Source: Zancudomyces culisetae HAW-14-8
Lineage: Eukaryota; Fungi; Kickxellomycota
DNA: 64,000 nt
Reading direction: 5' to 3'
NCBI GenBank assembly: GCA_052426225.1
Contig: JBNJNM010000015.1
Coordinates: 558,001-622,000 of the forward strand
A program made the position numbers and the translations under genes. Each line of letters opens with the position of its first letter. Position 1 is the stretch's first letter. Below, piece after piece: positions 61,077 through 64,000 of this stretch. The notes beneath the pieces were generated by a model. It had not been told where the DNA came from. It searched no databases and was given only the letters and a program-made list of their open reading frames with translations.

Positions 61077-63915
61077 TTGGTTGTTTTTTTTGTGCTACCT
61101 CTTGTAATTAATTCGTTTAATATATCTATACATCTATCTATCTATCTGTCTATCTATTTCCTATCTATTTGCCTATACTTTTTCTTTTCTGCCTAGTTTT
61201 GAATGGGCGAATGGTTAATGTAATTACGTTATAATTCTCAACTAAAGAAAAAAAAAAGAACGGCTAATATTAGCGTATCTATAACAATACACATTACGGT
61301 ATTATGCTATACCTTACTGTGCTATATTATATTCATCTTTAACATTTGGTTCCAAACACTAATTAAAAAAAAAGAGTAATGATAACACATGCAATGTATA
61401 GTGTTATTAATACAAGAGAGAATAATCAACAGATTTACCAAAAAAAATAAAGAGCAATAATAATTAATTGGTTGGTATGGTTGGTTTGGTTGGTTGAAGG
61501 GAATGTGCGAATAAAATAGTGTGAGTAATAAAGCTATTATGTCATGTGAACATTGAAACTGCATCTTTTATTTTACTTTATTTTTAATTGGCAAGGGTAT
61601 TTTTAGTGTAGTTAACAAAAAAATAAAAAAAATAAAAAAAAATAAAGATTGATAAAATCAACTATTTGCAATTATATAATAGAGTATGGTTATTGGATTA
61701 AAAATATAAAATGTTAATAATGTTAACTGAAGGAAGAAGGTGGAATGTTCAAATTTGTTGTAGTATTTCAGCTCTAATATATCGACTTTTATTTTGTGAA
61801 TTTGTGGTGAGGGGACTGGGAGAGAGGAGGGTTCAAATGGTTTGAGTTAATTTGAATGGCTTATGTAAAAATAAAAGGTGAGGAAAAGAGAAGGGATGGG
61901 AAGGAAATGACGTGCTTTGAAAAGTTTTATTTTATTTTACTTTACTCTTTTTTACTCTTTTATTTTATTTAATGTGGTTCTATTATGGATTTTGGTTTGG
62001 ATCATATACTAATATTTCCTCAATTATGTAATATTTATAAAGTTTGACCTTATATACAACCTCATTGATCAAATTCATCATGAGAAAAAAAAAGTGCGTA
62101 AATAACCAAGACCTGTGATTATGCTAAAAAATAGAAAATAAAAAATGAAAAATAAATAAAAAACTATTACATTCCTTTTTTTATTTGCAGAACCATTAAC
62201 AGTATAAAAAAATCATCCTTTCTGTGAGAGAGAAAGTGAGAGGGAAAGAGAAAGAGAATAGGAGGTGGGAAAAGTGGGGTTGCTATAGTACTTTACAATA
62301 CCAAGTCTTTGTATATACCCGAGGTGCAATACTCTTTAAAATCACATTTACTTGTATGATCTTTAATCAATAGTTATAAACTCCATAATAGAGGTCAGGG
62401 TACATTCTCTTTTTCTTTTCTTTTTAGAAAAAAATTATGGTGCATTGTATATGTACATGTACATAGTATTGACTTGATACTAGTTTATTTATTTATTTTT
62501 TGTAATATATTATGTTGGTTTTGGCTGTATAAAAGCTTAAAACAGTTGAATCTCTTTATATTTGTATTAATGATCATATTTATATTTTTGGTACATAAAT
62601 GTTTTATTATATTAGTCTCTAACCAGCTCATCAAGGCCATTAATTACTTGTAATGTATATAATTACTTTGGAGGAATATCCAAATCTAATAATGATTTTA
62701 TATTTCCTTTTTTTTTTGTATTTATCCGTTAAAGTACATATTTGTTTGTTCTTTATACTATACTGGTCAAGTATGCATATAAAGCTAATGATATATAATA
62801 TTCAAAATTCACATTGGAAATTATAAATCACCTTTGCAAAAAAATAAAAGATATTGCATCATCTAACAACCAAAGTAAATAGGCGAATTAACAATAGTTT
62901 AAATTAAAGCTGATTAGATAATACAAACTCACTATGATTTCCTTTATTATCATTTTCTCTGTTTTTTTTTTAAGCTTTTTGTATTCATACACACGTTTTT
63001 TATTTATTTTTCAAATTAATTAATTTCTCGTTGATTGTTAAAACCAAACCAACCTGGTACAAGATGAATCAGGGAAACAGGTAAAAAAAAAATCGTATAT
63101 TGGTCATGTTCCTTGAAATCCAAATTGTCTACATAGTTAATCACTCACCAAAAAAAAAAAAAAAAGAATTAATAATTAAAAAGAATTAAAAAAAAATAAG
63201 ACCCAACGAATAAAATATTTTGTTTCCCAAGTTTTTAAAAGTAATTTTTGATAGCAAACAGAATAAAATATAATAAAATAAAATAAAATAAAATATAATG
63301 AAATAAAAAGAGTGGCAGGGACGGTTTATATAAATCAAGTACTATATTTTTTCATGCTACTATTAAAAAAAAAAATTGGAAAAAATTAAAAAAAACCAAT
63401 CGTTTTTATATTATAAATGTACTAAGCTACTCATTTTTAGACCGGAGTAAAGTAAAGCATAGTAAAGTAAAGAGAAGAAAAGAAGAGAAGAATAGAATAA
63501 ACCAGAAAAAAATTATAGTATTTTAAATCCAAGTTCCAAAAAAGAAAAAAAAAAAGCCCAATACTATTCAATAAAACGATCTTTTAACAATTTTACAACT
63601 TACAACGACAATAGGAACGAAACGGGAATCAGAGACCAACAATACAATAACAAAATAACAGTCGAACCTACCCTTTCTCCTACCCCTCCATACAAATATA
63701 TATATAGCATTTTACACACAACAAAGAGATCAACACACTCTTTCCTTACCTTATCTTTTCACATCCTTGTAATACTTGTTTTTTTTTTCATCGTTAATTC
63801 TTGTTGTATTAGGAAAAAAAGAAAAAAAAGAGGATAAGGAATATTAAATAACTAGTGGGAAACGATATCGAAAAAAGTAATAGAAAAAGAAAAAGAAAAA
63901 GAACAGAAAGAAAAT

Positions 63916-64000
63916 ATGGCACCAATCATATTACGGATCAAGGGACCCAAATTGTTTTCACCCTTCAACGACGTTAACAGTGCAAATGATCTATCGGCGA
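63916..64000 (+). CDS. 5' start of a DUF1752/AreA-Gat1-type GATA regulator (partial)
   Basis: MAPIILRIKGPKLFSPFNDVNSANDLSA resembles, from memory, the MAPIVLKIKG...FSPF N-terminus preceding DUF1752 in zygomycete GATA factors. The long AT-rich upstream region fits a regulatory gene. The domain itself lies beyond the window. Confidence 0.6.
   Translation, partial: MAPIILRIKGPKLFSPFNDVNSANDLSA

Overview
Eukaryotic, AT-rich, intron-containing fungal DNA. Gene content and style suggest an early-diverging fungus, plausibly a Harpellales-type insect-gut fungus (inference only). Most of the window is housekeeping genes: 3' end of an Mps1-like kinase, a DUF3020 protein, CBP20, tRNA-Ser(CGA), class III ADH, RPB6, TMEM42-like, Nup54/Nup57, PPIL4, PSF2, a Set3-like PHD-SET protein, an M1 aminopeptidase, a PAP2_3/Aur1-like protein, NTH1, SEH1, VPS33, SEC16 and the start of a DUF1752/GATA-type regulator. 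I derived exon structures by hand from GT-AG sites and frame continuity. The most interesting parts are: (1) a ~12 kb accessory island (30.7-42.8 kb) where a cluster of secreted Cys-containing beta/gamma-crystallin-like genes (one intact, two disabled) interrupts a relic tandem array of two orphan modules whose upstream non-coding DNA is better conserved than their ORFs; (2) a hidden upstream exon that would give the aminopeptidase a type II membrane anchor; (3) an OCRE-like aromatic repeat and 14 IPF motifs in Sec16; (4) an orphan tandem beta-trefoil-like gene beside the tRNA; (5) a strong purine-to-pyrimidine switch in the middle of long genes; (6) a CBP20 intron that is U12-type in animals and plants but U2-type here.
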